This document shows positions 18,148 through 28,631 of a stretch of 64,000 bases of DNA, in pieces. Within the stretch, counting starts at the first letter, position 1, and every line of letters begins with the position of its first letter. The stretch spans positions 232,913 to 296,912 of the forward strand of contig CAVRIZ010000008.1 of NCBI GenBank assembly GCA_963721445.1, given 5' to 3'. The translations under genes and the position numbers were made by a program. The stretch is from an uncultured Chloroflexia bacterium. Its GTDB lineage: Bacteria; Chloroflexota; Anaerolineae; Anaerolineales; Anaerolineaceae. The notes beneath the pieces are model-generated. The model made no database searches. It saw only the letters and a program-made list of their open reading frames with translations, and was not told where the DNA came from.

Positions 18148-18639
18148 TTGCAAACTGTTATGGTTACGATGATGAAAAATAGATTGATTCAAGCCTACAA
18201 ATTAGTCCCTTGGAGAAGCCAAATGCAATGGTTGGGTTTGGCATTTCTGGTCGTCGTTGCCATTTCATTGATCGCCTGGCTTTATTTGTCCATATCCGCG
18301 AAAGCCAGCATTGCCGGGCGTCAAATTCAGGAATACCAGAGCATCAAGATCAAAGCAGAACAAAATATCGCCGCTCTTGAGACTGATCTGGCAAACGTTA
18401 CCTCTTCAGTAGAGATGGCGAAACGCGCAAAAAGATTGGGATTCAAGGAAGTATCCCCGGACGGATTCGAATATATGCTCATTCCGGGATACGGGGGGAA
18501 ACAGGCAGCAATTCTCGCGCCCGAAAAATATGTTACCGATCTACATCAGGATGTAGTGACGTCCGAATTTACGCAATCCCTATGGGATTGGGTTTATCTC
18601 AGTTATGTCGAACCATCTTTGAACCGGCGGACACCATGA
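18148..18639 (+). CDS. FtsL-like bitopic cell-division protein
   Basis: Position between rsmH and ftsI. Single TM (WLGLAFLVVVAISLIAWLYLSI) followed by a coiled-coil-like segment. The start is uncertain (TTG 18148, or ATG 18160/18169). Confidence 0.55.
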   Translation: MQTVMVTMMKNRLIQAYKLVPWRSQMQWLGLAFLVVVAISLIAWLYLSISAKASIAGRQIQEYQSIKIKAEQNIAALETDLANVTSSVEMAKRAKRLGFKEVSPDGFEYMLIPGYGGKQAAILAPEKYVTDLHQDVVTSEFTQSLWDWVYLSYVEPSLNRRTP

Positions 18640-20444
18640 AGACACCTCATTATTCCCGCTTTCTCTTATTAGGAATGGCCTTATCATTGGTCGGTTTTCT
18701 CATCATTGCTCAGATGGTCCATATCCAGACCAGTAAGCAAGCCAAAGCCGTGACAGATTTTGGTAAAGAATGGGCTTTCGTACCTAAAACTATTTTCCCT
18801 GAACGTGGCAAAATATACGATCGCTTTGGCAGTTTATTGGTGGGGAACACGCTTAAATACGAAGTAGGTTTAAACCTCGCGGATGTAAGTGACCCGGAGA
18901 CCATCGCCCGTGCGCTTGAGACCATTATTGGCCTGGAATATCAATCTACTCTCGAGAAAGCACAGACCCCCGGTTCAGAAACGGCGGCCTACGTCTTACT
19001 GAAAGATTTCGTTCCATCAGAAAAAGCACAGGAAATCCGTCAATTGATGGATTCTTATGACCGTATGGCGGCACAGCCGGACAAGAAAGACAAATTCTCC
19101 CCAAATTTGGATGGCATAATTCTTACTCCACACCTTCAACGAAGCTACCCCGAAGGGACCCTTGCCTCCAATATCCTGGGATTCTATACCCTGAATACCA
19201 GCCAACCCAGCCGAACACCGGACCGACATGAAATTCGGGTCGGGAACGGTTTCTTCGGTATTGAAGAGAAGTTCAATGATATCCTGGCAGGCACCCCGGT
19301 GGATGTACAAGTGCCATTGGACCCCAACCTTGTTGACCAGATCCCCCAGGTTCCTCCGGGGGGAGACATCATCCTGACAATTGACCGCGAAATTCAAACC
19401 GCTATGGAAAAAGTAATCGATAATTCGGTCAAATCTTCAGGTGCCGTCTCCGGCACTTTGATTGTTTTAGATCCCAAAACGGGCGAACTGATCGCGATGG
19501 CGACCTCACCCCGGTTGGATCCCAATGAATACTGGAAGATCGGCAAGATTTTCGATAATGCTGCCTTTTATAACCGGGCGGTATCCACAACGTACGAACC
19601 GGGCTCGGTTTTCAAAGTACTAACTATGGCAACGGCTTTGGATGCCGGCGTGGTCACCCCCGAGACACCGTTCCTCGATACCGGTGAGTTCGAGATTGGT
19701 GGAGCGATCATCCGCAACTGGGATGGAAATGCCTGGGGCGAACAGAACATGATCGGTTGTATGCAACACTCCCTGAATGTCTGCCTCTCCTGGATCGCCA
19801 AACAGACCGGACCGAAAACTTTTTACGAATATATGGAAAAATTCGGAATCGGCCATCTCACTGGGATCGATCTGGCAGGTGAAGCAGTCTTTCCCCTACG
19901 CCTTCCTGGGGATAGCAATTGGTACGATGTGGATCTGGCAACCAATTCCTTCGGCCAGGGATTGGCAGTCACCCCCATTCAATTAGCATCTGCCGTTTCG
20001 GCGGCAGCCAACGGTGGCAAGATCATGGCTCCGCATGTCGTCAAATCGGTGATCAGTAACGGAAGACAGTACAACACAAGCATTCAGGTTCTGGCACAAC
20101 CGATCAGTGAGCAGACTGCCCATACGTTGACCGAAATGTTGGCTGTTTCTCTTGAGGATGAATCCTCTGATGCACTGATCGAAGGTTATCGAGTTGCCGG
20201 AAAGACTGGCACAGCGGAAATCCCGACTCCCTGGGGTTACTCATTGGGTCAAACCAATGCCTCTTTCGTCGGTTGGGGTCCTACGGATGATCCTCGTTTC
20301 CTGGTTTATGTCTGGCTTGAAAAACCTAAGACCAGCATCTGGGGCTCCATTGTGGCAGCGCCTGTTTTCCGTGACGCAGTCAGTGAATTGGTAGTACTGA
20401 TGAATATCCCGCCAGATGATGTGCGGGCAAAAATCATTAATTGA
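18636..20444 (+). CDS. ftsI: Penicillin-binding protein 2/3-type transpeptidase (FtsI)
   Basis: ATG 18636 overlaps the upstream stop (ATGA). Motifs SVFK (SxxK), HSLN (SxN), KTGTA (KTG). Confidence 0.9.
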   Translation: MKTPHYSRFLLLGMALSLVGFLIIAQMVHIQTSKQAKAVTDFGKEWAFVPKTIFPERGKIYDRFGSLLVGNTLKYEVGLNLADVSDPETIARALETIIGLEYQSTLEKAQTPGSETAAYVLLKDFVPSEKAQEIRQLMDSYDRMAAQPDKKDKFSPNLDGIILTPHLQRSYPEGTLASNILGFYTLNTSQPSRTPDRHEIRVGNGFFGIEEKFNDILAGTPVDVQVPLDPNLVDQIPQVPPGGDIILTIDREIQTAMEKVIDNSVKSSGAVSGTLIVLDPKTGELIAMATSPRLDPNEYWKIGKIFDNAAFYNRAVSTTYEPGSVFKVLTMATALDAGVVTPETPFLDTGEFEIGGAIIRNWDGNAWGEQNMIGCMQHSLNVCLSWIAKQTGPKTFYEYMEKFGIGHLTGIDLAGEAVFPLRLPGDSNWYDVDLATNSFGQGLAVTPIQLASAVSAAANGGKIMAPHVVKSVISNGRQYNTSIQVLAQPISEQTAHTLTEMLAVSLEDESSDALIEGYRVAGKTGTAEIPTPWGYSLGQTNASFVGWGPTDDPRFLVYVWLEKPKTSIWGSIVAAPVFRDAVSELVVLMNIPPDDVRAKIIN

Positions 20445-20453
20445 GGAATACTG

Positions 20454-21869
20454 TTGCTTACTTTAGCTGATATTCTGGAAGCATTGACGGGAAATCGTCC
20501 GACCGGGGCTGATCTAGTGATCACGGAAGCCTCGATCGATTCACGCCTGTCAATTCCAGGTTCACTATTCGTTGCCCTTCCCGGAGAGCGGGTGGACGGA
20601 CACAATTACGTTGGGGATGCCTTTCACAAAGGCGCCCACATCGCGCTGATACAAAAAGACCTATCCCAATTGTTCCCGGTTCTGAATCTAACAAGCGGAC
20701 AATTTCCGACGCAGCATCCTTTACCCAACGTTCCTTTCTGTATCCTGGTTGAAAACACATTACTTGCTCTGCAGAAGATTGCTCGATTCTGGCGCTCAAA
20801 ACTTGACGTCCGTGTAGTAGGAATCACGGGAAGTGTGGGTAAATCCACCACCAAGGAATTGGTCGCAGATGTATTGAATCGAAAAGGTCGAACCCTTCGC
20901 AATCCGGGAAACTTGAATAATGAGATTGGCCTTCCCCTGACATTGTTACGGCTTGGCTCTGGGTATCAAAATGCCGTACTGGAAATGGGCTTCTATGTGC
21001 CCGGTGAAATCTCTCTGCTGTGTGAAATCGCCAAACCACAAATCGGTGTAGTGACGAATATCGGAACGGTTCATGCCGAACGGGCTGGCTCTCAGGACAT
21101 TATCGCCAGGGGTAAAGCAGAATTGGTCCAGTCTCTTCCATCTGATGGAACAGCGATTTTGAACTACGACGATCCTCGCGTGAAGGCGATGGCTTCCTTG
21201 ACCTCCGCCCGGGTTCTCTATTATGGTTTAGATCCAAAAGCCGATCTGTGGGCAAGTGACATTGTCGGTGAAGGGCTGGAAGGGATCCGGTTCACTCTGC
21301 ACCATCTTGGAGAAAGCTTCCAGCTTAGGGTCCCATTGATTGGACAACACTCCGTCCATACCGTCCTGCGAGCAGCCGCTGTCGGTGTCGCTGAAGGAAT
21401 GTCTTGGGGCGATATCATTTATGCGCTCCGGTTTAGCCGGACACAACTCCGACTAGTAGCTGTCCACGCCTATAACGGCGCCATGATCCTGGATGATACC
21501 TACAACGCTTCGCCAGAATCGACCCTGGCAGCGCTGAATCTACTCGAAGAGTTAGATGGAAATAAGATCGCTGTGTTGGGTGATATGCTTGAGCTGGGAC
21601 CTTATGAAGCCGAGGGACATGAAAAAGTGGGCTTACGTGCTGCGGAAGTTGTAAGTGACCTGGTGACATTAGGTGACAGGGGAAAAATAATCGCGGATGC
21701 GGCTCACTCTGCCGGTTTATCTAGAAGCCATATTCAGGCTTGTGAATCAACAGATGAAATCATTGCCTATCTAAAATCAAGGCTGACCCCGGAAGATGTG
21801 CTGTTAGTTAAAGGCTCTCATGGAATGAGGATGGACAAGATCGTGACCGCGCTGGAAGGTTCCCTATGA
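20454..21869 (+). CDS. murF: UDP-MurNAc-tripeptide--D-Ala-D-Ala ligase MurF
   Basis: GITGSVGKSTTKE P-loop; Mur ligase middle and C-terminal domains; dcw position. Confidence 0.9.
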   Translation: MLTLADILEALTGNRPTGADLVITEASIDSRLSIPGSLFVALPGERVDGHNYVGDAFHKGAHIALIQKDLSQLFPVLNLTSGQFPTQHPLPNVPFCILVENTLLALQKIARFWRSKLDVRVVGITGSVGKSTTKELVADVLNRKGRTLRNPGNLNNEIGLPLTLLRLGSGYQNAVLEMGFYVPGEISLLCEIAKPQIGVVTNIGTVHAERAGSQDIIARGKAELVQSLPSDGTAILNYDDPRVKAMASLTSARVLYYGLDPKADLWASDIVGEGLEGIRFTLHHLGESFQLRVPLIGQHSVHTVLRAAAVGVAEGMSWGDIIYALRFSRTQLRLVAVHAYNGAMILDDTYNASPESTLAALNLLEELDGNKIAVLGDMLELGPYEAEGHEKVGLRAAEVVSDLVTLGDRGKIIADAAHSAGLSRSHIQACESTDEIIAYLKSRLTPEDVLLVKGSHGMRMDKIVTALEGSL

Positions 21870-22858
21870 AAGAGACCTCGCTGGCGCTCACCCTCAGTGC
21901 TTTGTCCTTTATCATGGCCGTCATTTGGGGTGGACCATTATTACGCGCTCTTCGCCACTTTAAAATTGGAAAACTGATCCGGGTGGAAGAACCCGATGCA
22001 CACGTAACCAAGATGGGCACCCCGACCATGGGCGGCGTCATGTTCATCGCCCCGGTCATTTTCCTCACACTGCTACTCAACGCCGCATCCTTGATCGGTG
22101 TGGATGTGTTGGGTAATTCTGTATTATTGCCTAGTTTTGTCCTTGTATCGTATGGTCTGCTGGGCGCGATAGATGATTGGGAAGGTATTCGCGGACCACG
22201 TCGTGGAACTGGAATGCGTATGCGGACCAAGTTCCTCTTACAAACCCTCCTTGCGCTGGGTATCGCCATCATCCTGCAATATGTTCTGGATGTACCGCAA
22301 TTACACTGGCCTGGGGCAAAAAAACCGCTTGATCTTGGTATCTGGTACATCCCGATTGCCATGTTTTTAATCGTTGGCGCTTCAAATGCGGTAAATTTCA
22401 CCGACGGTATGGATGGACTAGCAGGATTAATTTCAGCAACCGCCTTTGCTGCCTTTGGCGGAATCGCTCTTATGCAGGGCGATGTATTCCTCGGTCGTTT
22501 CTGCTTTACTCTGGTTGGCGCAGTATTCGGTTTCTTGTGGTTCAACGTGCATCCAGCCCAATTGTTCATGGGAGATACCGGTTCGCTGGCGCTCGGCGCA
22601 ACCCTTGCGGTCGTCGCTTTGATGACCGGGCAATGGCTTGCCCTACCGTTAATCGCCATTATTCCTGTCAGTGAAGCCGTGAGCGATATCCTTCAGATCG
22701 CGTATTTCAAGCTCACAAAAGGAAAACGCCTCTTTAAGATGGCGCCCCTCCATCTCCACTTTGAATTGTCCGGATGGAGTGAAACTCAAGTTGTCCAACG
22801 GTTTTGGTTGGTCAGTTTATTATTCGCCATGCTCGGCCTGGCGCTCACGATGGTATAG
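21866..22858 (+). CDS. mraY: Phospho-MurNAc-pentapeptide translocase MraY
   Basis: PTMGG, NAVNFTDGMDGLA, FMGDTGSLALG, APLHLHFE motifs. Confidence 0.95.
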   Translation: MKETSLALTLSALSFIMAVIWGGPLLRALRHFKIGKLIRVEEPDAHVTKMGTPTMGGVMFIAPVIFLTLLLNAASLIGVDVLGNSVLLPSFVLVSYGLLGAIDDWEGIRGPRRGTGMRMRTKFLLQTLLALGIAIILQYVLDVPQLHWPGAKKPLDLGIWYIPIAMFLIVGASNAVNFTDGMDGLAGLISATAFAAFGGIALMQGDVFLGRFCFTLVGAVFGFLWFNVHPAQLFMGDTGSLALGATLAVVALMTGQWLALPLIAIIPVSEAVSDILQIAYFKLTKGKRLFKMAPLHLHFELSGWSETQVVQRFWLVSLLFAMLGLALTMV

Positions 22859-22860
22859 CC

Positions 22861-24246
22861 ATGTCAAATTGGAATGGAAAACGCGTCTTGATTATTGGAG
22901 CTGCCCGACAGGGACTAGCTCTAGCGCGTTTTCTTGCCGAAGAAGGGGCTCGTATAACCATCAATGATAAACAATCAATTGATGCTCTTCGACCTGCCAT
23001 GGAACAATTGGATGGTTTAAAGGTTCAGTGGACAGGCGGCGGACATCCAATATCGCTGCTCAATGATTGCGATCTGGTTTGTCTCTCAGGCGGCGTCCCG
23101 CTAAGCCTGCCACTTATTCGCGAAGCAACCTCTCGCAATATTCCCCTGACCAATGACACCCAGATATTCATGGAAGTTGTACCCTGTCCTGTCATCGGAA
23201 TTACCGGGTCAGCGGGAAAAACAACGACCACAACCCTCGTTGGACGCATGGCTGCCCACAATAAAAAGCCATCCCAACAAACATGGGTGGGCGGGAATAT
23301 TGGCAACCCGCTAATCGCATCTGTCAGAGACATGAAATCGGATGATTTGGCCATCATGGAGATTTCCAGCTTCCAATTGGAACAGATGACGATCTCCCCC
23401 ACGATCGCTGCCGTTCTTAATATCACTCCAAATCATCTTGATCGTCATGGGACCATGGAAACCTATACGGCTGCCAAAGCCCGAATTCTGGACTACCAGA
23501 ACTCGGATGACATTGCCATTCTCAATCGCCAGGATACAGGATCCTGGAATTTACGGACACACGCTAAGGGAAAATTAGTCACATTTGGAGAGATGAAGTC
23601 TACATCAGATGAACCTGGAACTTTTCTTCAGGATGAGATGGTAATTTACACAGAAGGCGGTCAGGTGGAGACCTTGTTACCAGTCTCTGATATCCAGCTT
23701 CGCGGCAGACATAATGTGCGAAATGTGCTGGCTGCCTGTACTATAGCCAAAGCAGCCGGGCTTCCAGCCGAAGCGATCCGGAAGGGTGTACAGGGATTTG
23801 GGGGAGTCGCTCACCGATTGGAATTCGTTCGCGAGTATCGGGGATCACGCTGGTACAACGACTCCATCGCCACAGCCCCAGAAAGATCAATGGCAGCAAT
23901 TCATTCGTTTTCTGAGCCACTCATCCTATTAGCCGGTGGACGTGATAAAAACCTGCCCTGGGAAGATTTCGCAAAACTGGCGAATGATCGAGTTGACCAT
24001 CTGATTCTGTTTGGCGAAGCGGCGGGAAAGATCGAAAACGAAGTAAATGCAAAACGCACATCATCCAGCATTCTCAAAGATATCCATTTATGTGGAACGC
24101 TGAAAGAAGCCGTCTTACATGCCGCCGGGATAGTAAAGGCAGGGTATGTCGTCCTTCTTTCCCCGGGTGGAACCAGCTTTGATGCGTACAAAGATTTTGA
24201 AGAACGTGGTGAGGAATTTCGAAAATGGGTGCTACAACTTTCGTAA
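22861..24246 (+). CDS. murD: UDP-MurNAc-L-Ala--D-Glu ligase MurD
   Basis: Start at MSNWNGKRVLIIGAARQG (ATG 22861). GITGSAGKTTTTT P-loop. Confidence 0.9.
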   Translation: MSNWNGKRVLIIGAARQGLALARFLAEEGARITINDKQSIDALRPAMEQLDGLKVQWTGGGHPISLLNDCDLVCLSGGVPLSLPLIREATSRNIPLTNDTQIFMEVVPCPVIGITGSAGKTTTTTLVGRMAAHNKKPSQQTWVGGNIGNPLIASVRDMKSDDLAIMEISSFQLEQMTISPTIAAVLNITPNHLDRHGTMETYTAAKARILDYQNSDDIAILNRQDTGSWNLRTHAKGKLVTFGEMKSTSDEPGTFLQDEMVIYTEGGQVETLLPVSDIQLRGRHNVRNVLAACTIAKAAGLPAEAIRKGVQGFGGVAHRLEFVREYRGSRWYNDSIATAPERSMAAIHSFSEPLILLAGGRDKNLPWEDFAKLANDRVDHLILFGEAAGKIENEVNAKRTSSSILKDIHLCGTLKEAVLHAAGIVKAGYVVLLSPGGTSFDAYKDFEERGEEFRKWVLQLS

Positions 24247-25487
24247 AATCATCTATACCAATTTTGCCTGAAACCGAGGCACAACCGCACCGGCCATTAA
24301 AACTGCGCCTGGATGTGCCCCTATTTATCATCATCGTATGTATGCTGGCATTCGGTCTGGTTATGCTCTATTCAGCCAGTTGGGATTTCGCAGTAACTCA
24401 CGATATGCCGTCAACATCCATTTTCTTCAAACAAGTGCGCCTGATGGGTTTAGGGCTGGTGCTGGCTTTCATTGCATCCATGATCGATTACCACCGCTAC
24501 CAACGCTACATTCTGCTCATCATGTCTGTCACGATCACCTTACTCTTCCTGGTGCTGGTCTTCGGGCGTGGAGAGGCAGGTCCTGCCCGCGGTCTCTTCA
24601 GCGGGTCCGTTCAGCCATCAGAGTTGTCAAAACTGGTTATCATCCTGTACCTGTCCATTTGGCTATTTTCCAAGAGGGAACAGATTCGCAGTTTCAAAAT
24701 GGGATTCATCCCAGTCATTTTTATTCTCGGGATAATGGGCGGTTTAATTCTCTTACAGCCTGACCTTTCAGCGGCAGCTACAGTGATCATCATAGGTGGA
24801 CTTCTTTTCTTCCTGGCTGGTGCGGATTGGCGGCAGATCATCATCGCCATGACCTCGACCGGATTATTTGGTGTGATCGGTCTCAAATTGTATAGTACCG
24901 GTGCAAGCCGTTTTCAAGATTATTTAGCCGGTCTGAAGGATATGACCGAATCTTCCTACCACGTCATGCGCGCCATGGAAGCAGTGATCAATGGCGGCTG
25001 GTTCGGGGTCGGGATCGGGCAAGCCAATACCAAATTTACAGGTCTCCCTTTCCCATATACCGATTCGATCTTTGCAGTGATAGTGGAAGAGATGGGATTG
25101 ATCGGTGCGGGTGTGGTTGTAATTTTATTCGCCCTGCTGCTCTGGCGCGGATTGACCATTGCCAAACGAGCTCCAGATCAACTGGGTTCTCTCCTTGCGG
25201 CTGGGCTGACCATCTGGATCGTAATGGAAGCCATGTTGAATATGGCAGTTATTATCGGGCTTTTCCCATTTGCCGGAAACGCGCTTCCATTTTTCAGCGC
25301 AGGTGGATCCAACCTGGTAACCTCTCTCGTGGCAATTGGGATACTGATGAATATCTCGAAGTCAAACATGAACAAAGAAGAAAAAGAAGGGAGTGCCTTC
25401 AGTGCGATTGTTGATTTGCGCCGGTGGAACGGGCGGAGGCGTGTATCCCGCACTCGCCGTGCTTCAAGCTCTGATGAACAGAAGTGA
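24225..25487 (+). CDS. ftsW: SEDS-family peptidoglycan polymerase FtsW
   Basis: 10-TM SEDS pattern: QPSELSKL, LQPDLSAA, PFPYTDSIFAVIVEEMGL. The basic tail overlaps murG by 86 nt. Confidence 0.9.
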   Translation: MGATTFVKSSIPILPETEAQPHRPLKLRLDVPLFIIIVCMLAFGLVMLYSASWDFAVTHDMPSTSIFFKQVRLMGLGLVLAFIASMIDYHRYQRYILLIMSVTITLLFLVLVFGRGEAGPARGLFSGSVQPSELSKLVIILYLSIWLFSKREQIRSFKMGFIPVIFILGIMGGLILLQPDLSAAATVIIIGGLLFFLAGADWRQIIIAMTSTGLFGVIGLKLYSTGASRFQDYLAGLKDMTESSYHVMRAMEAVINGGWFGVGIGQANTKFTGLPFPYTDSIFAVIVEEMGLIGAGVVVILFALLLWRGLTIAKRAPDQLGSLLAAGLTIWIVMEAMLNMAVIIGLFPFAGNALPFFSAGGSNLVTSLVAIGILMNISKSNMNKEEKEGSAFSAIVDLRRWNGRRRVSRTRRASSSDEQK

Positions 25488-26505
25488 AGCCGTTCTTTGG
25501 GTAGGAGGTAAAGGTGGTATGGAAGCCGACTTAATTGAACGGGAAAATATTCCATATCAATCGATCCCTGCTGCAGGTCTTCATGGTGTGGGTATAAAAA
25601 CCCTACCCGGAAACCTGATCAGATTAGCGAGGGGATATTTTGAATCTCGAAAGATCCTCCAGAAATTTGACCCGGACGTTCTCTTCTTCACCGGTGGTTA
25701 TGTGGCAGTGCCAATGGCTTTAGCCGCAACCGCGCGCGAATCTCTCTTGTATGTGCCGGATATTGAGCCCGGCCTTGCCCTGAAAACCATCGCCCGGTAT
25801 TCAGACCAGATTGCAGTGACCGCGAATGAATCAAAAACCTTTTTTGCAAAAAAACCTGTAACCGTGTCCGGTTACCCGACCCGCCCTGAATTGTCACGTT
25901 GGACGCGGGAGGACGGTCGCCAGTTCCTCAATATCACTTCAAAGTTGCCTGTTCTCCTAATTTTTGGCGGAAGCAAAGGCGCACGATCAATAAACAATGC
26001 AGTGGTATCACATTTATCTGAAATATTGAACTTTGCAGAAGTCATTCATATCAGTGGGAGTTTGGATTGGGAGATGGTTCAAACCGCCAGAGAATCTCTT
26101 CCCAAAGAAAATAGAGATTCATATCGGATCTTCCCTTATCTACACGAAATGGGTGCGGCTCTGGCATCCGCTGATCTGGCGGTTTCACGGGCAGGCGCTT
26201 CCACTCTCGGAGAATATCCCCTTTTTGGCCTTCCTTCCATCCTTGTACCATACCCATACGCCTGGCGGTATCAGAAAGTCAATGCGGATTACCTCGTAAA
26301 TCATGGGGCTGCAAAAATTATTGTAAATGATCAATTGCATGATCATCTTGTTCCGACCATACATAATCTTCTACTCAATCCGGACGAATTATTAAAGATG
26401 AAGAAAGCTGCCTTATCTCTGGCAACTCCCGGGGCAGCCCAGAATATTGCGAATCTACTCGAAGAATTAGCAAACCGCAGCATCCAAAGGAGGGGTCATG
26501 GTTAG
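25402..26505 (+). CDS. murG: Lipid II glycosyltransferase MurG
   Basis: AAGGGAG lies 8 nt before GTG 25402 (VRLLICAGGTGGGVYPALAV). The C-terminal part has GGSKGARSIN and RAGASTLGE. Confidence 0.9.
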   Translation: MRLLICAGGTGGGVYPALAVLQALMNRSEAVLWVGGKGGMEADLIERENIPYQSIPAAGLHGVGIKTLPGNLIRLARGYFESRKILQKFDPDVLFFTGGYVAVPMALAATARESLLYVPDIEPGLALKTIARYSDQIAVTANESKTFFAKKPVTVSGYPTRPELSRWTREDGRQFLNITSKLPVLLIFGGSKGARSINNAVVSHLSEILNFAEVIHISGSLDWEMVQTARESLPKENRDSYRIFPYLHEMGAALASADLAVSRAGASTLGEYPLFGLPSILVPYPYAWRYQKVNADYLVNHGAAKIIVNDQLHDHLVPTIHNLLLNPDELLKMKKAALSLATPGAAQNIANLLEELANRSIQRRGHG

Positions 26506-27038
26506 TTTGACCATCGTTTTCTGGATGTTAGTCATTATTTTCGCTGTGATTGGCGCAATGCGTGGATGGGCGAAGGAGCTTTTGGTTACATTCGCGCTCA
26601 TCCTTTCGATCTTCGTTCTGACCGTTTTGGATAAATTTGCACCAGGTCTGGTTGAAGTCATTGGCAAAAGATGGCGCCGCCTCTCTTTTCTGGCTCCGAT
26701 TTGCGATCACCATGGGATTAGTGATCTTTGGCTACCAATCCGTCAGTATTCCCAGAATCAGCGCCTCTCCCCGTCTCATTCGAGGAAGCATGCAAGACAC
26801 GCTGCTGGGACTGTTTATCGGCGTTCTCAACGGTTTTCTGGTAGTCGGAACCTTATGGTTCTACCTGGATCAGACAAAATATCCGCTTCCATTTATTTCG
26901 GCGCCGGTAGCAGGGACGGAAGTTGGTGACGCAGCATTGAAAATGATCCAGTATTTCGCACCAGCCTGGCTTGGTACACCAGCCATTTATTTTGCCATTG
27001 CTATCGCGTTTGGTTTTGTCATCGTGCTGTTCATCTAA
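26498..27038 (+). pseudogene. cvpA: CvpA-family membrane protein, one +1 frameshift in an A4 run (26666-26669)
   Basis: MVSLTIVFWMLVIIFAVIGAMRGWAKELLVTFALILSIFVLTVL...EVIG | KDGAASLFWLRFAITMGLVIFGYQ...LGLFIGVLNGFLVVGTLWFY. Confidence 0.75.
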
Positions 27039-27051
27039 AGGATCCTTGTAA

Positions 27052-28431
27052 ATGGACCATATTCATCTCATCGGAATTGGAGGCAGCGGATTATCAGCAA
27101 TCGCAAGATTGTTGAAAGAATCCGGCTACGAGGTCAGCGGATCCGACCAGATCACAGGATCGGTTACGCTCGCTCTCCAACAGATGGGTATCCAGGTCTA
27201 TAAAGGACACCATGCGGACAATATTAATAAAGCCGATCTGGTGATCCAATCATCAGCTATCTCGCCATCCAATCCGGAAGTCAAAGCAGCTATCGCCAAA
27301 GGTATTCCGGTCTATAAACGGTCAGAGTTCCTCGGGAGATTATTGCGGGACAAGACCGGGATTGCCATCGCCGGAACACATGGAAAAACAACCACATCCT
27401 CAATGATCGCATGGATGCTCACTGAAATGGGTAAGGATCCTTCCTTTATTGTCGGCGGAATGATCAAGGGACTTGAAACCAATGCACATGCTGGTAAAGG
27501 ATCTGAATTTGTAATAGAAGCGGATGAGTACGATCGGATGTTCCTGGGTCTTCATCCATCCATAGCCATCGTCACTCACCTGGAACACGACCATCCTGAT
27601 TGCTACCCGACCATGGCTGAATATAGTCAGGCTTTCAAAGAATTTATTGGCACCATCAAACCGCATGGTATTTTCCTCGCATGCTCTGATCATCCTGCGG
27701 CGGTTGAGTTATTGGATTCAATCCCAGCCTACGTTCAAGGCTTGCTCTATGGCATTAACTCAAATGCCCACTATCAGGCTGTGAATCTCTCGGTTGTAGA
27801 CGGTTATTATCAATTCGATATGGAGAAAAACTGGAACGATAAAAATGTGAAACTGGCAAAGGATGTGCACCTATCCATACCAGGACAACACAATGTGCAA
27901 AATGCCACGGCCGCTCTGGCTGTCGCGGACCTGCTTGGTCTGAATATTCTCGCAGCAACTCAAGCAGTCGCTTCGTTTCAGGGCACCGGCAGGCGCTTTG
28001 AAGTGGTCGGTACGGTTGGTGGAGTAACCCTCGTGGATGATTACGCTCACCATCCAACCGAAATATCAGCCACTCTGGCCGCAGCCCGTTCACGATATCC
28101 AGAACATCGGATCTGGGCAATATGGCAACCGCACACCTACTCACGCACCCGTCTCCTGGCAGACCACTTCGCCGAATCATTTGACCAGGCAGACAAAATC
28201 ATTGTTACCGAAATCTATGCCTCGCGTGAGAAAAAAGAAGAGTACTCATCCGCCCGTGTAGCGGGAATGATCAAAGGTGGTTCAGCCCTATTCATGGATA
28301 CCCTGGAACGCACCACCGATTATCTCCTGGCACACCTCAAACCCGGCGATCTTGTTGTTGTCCTTTCTGCCGGGGACGCGGATCAGATCAACCAACAGCT
28401 TCTGGTGAAGCTGGAAGAAAGGACAAATTGA
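27052..28431 (+). CDS. murC: UDP-MurNAc--L-Ala ligase MurC
   Basis: IHLIGIGGSGLSAIA; AIAGTHGKTTTSSM P-loop. Confidence 0.9.
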   Translation: MDHIHLIGIGGSGLSAIARLLKESGYEVSGSDQITGSVTLALQQMGIQVYKGHHADNINKADLVIQSSAISPSNPEVKAAIAKGIPVYKRSEFLGRLLRDKTGIAIAGTHGKTTTSSMIAWMLTEMGKDPSFIVGGMIKGLETNAHAGKGSEFVIEADEYDRMFLGLHPSIAIVTHLEHDHPDCYPTMAEYSQAFKEFIGTIKPHGIFLACSDHPAAVELLDSIPAYVQGLLYGINSNAHYQAVNLSVVDGYYQFDMEKNWNDKNVKLAKDVHLSIPGQHNVQNATAALAVADLLGLNILAATQAVASFQGTGRRFEVVGTVGGVTLVDDYAHHPTEISATLAAARSRYPEHRIWAIWQPHTYSRTRLLADHFAESFDQADKIIVTEIYASREKKEEYSSARVAGMIKGGSALFMDTLERTTDYLLAHLKPGDLVVVLSAGDADQINQQLLVKLEERTN

Positions 28432-28432
28432 A

Positions 28433-28615
28433 ATGGTAGAAAAAAATCACTCATCCATAAAGTCCAAAGGACCGAACGGTCACGATATTTTGAACAGTAA
28501 AGCGGTGGAAGGCAGCCTGCCTCAAAACCAGGTCAAATTATTGGAAGGCGATTACACAGAGAAAGAACGTCGCCAGGTCGTCATGAAGCTAATCCAGTTC
28601 ATGAAGGCGGTGTAA
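28433..28615 (+). CDS. Hypothetical 60-aa hydrophilic protein wedged between murC and murB
   Basis: The ATG is 1 nt after the murC stop. No recognisable motif. The coding call rests only on the ORF and its tight packing. Confidence 0.3.
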   Translation: MVEKNHSSIKSKGPNGHDILNSKAVEGSLPQNQVKLLEGDYTEKERRQVVMKLIQFMKAV

Positions 28616-28631
28616 GGACAAAGGAGAATGC

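Noticed and set aside
21808-22659. Long antisense ORFs inside well-supported genes: 21808..22659, 2776..3459, 33408..34022, 35637..36035, 36099..36572, 37259..37717, 45526..46209, 50711..51268, 51163..51720, 15249..15665, 10413..10889, 52104..52583.
   Set aside because: Each lies opposite, or out of frame within, a gene with clear conserved motifs (mraY, comM, ftsZ, nrdJ, MDR, PreA-like and others). Their sequences are low-complexity, Arg/Ser/Pro-rich shadows.
24225-26505. The 86-nt ftsW/murG overlap as evidence for another hidden frameshift.
   Set aside because: Both reading frames look intact, and the murG SD and start are good. A basic C-terminal FtsW tail is plausible. I cannot demonstrate a break without homologue alignment, so it is only noted under the dcw finding.
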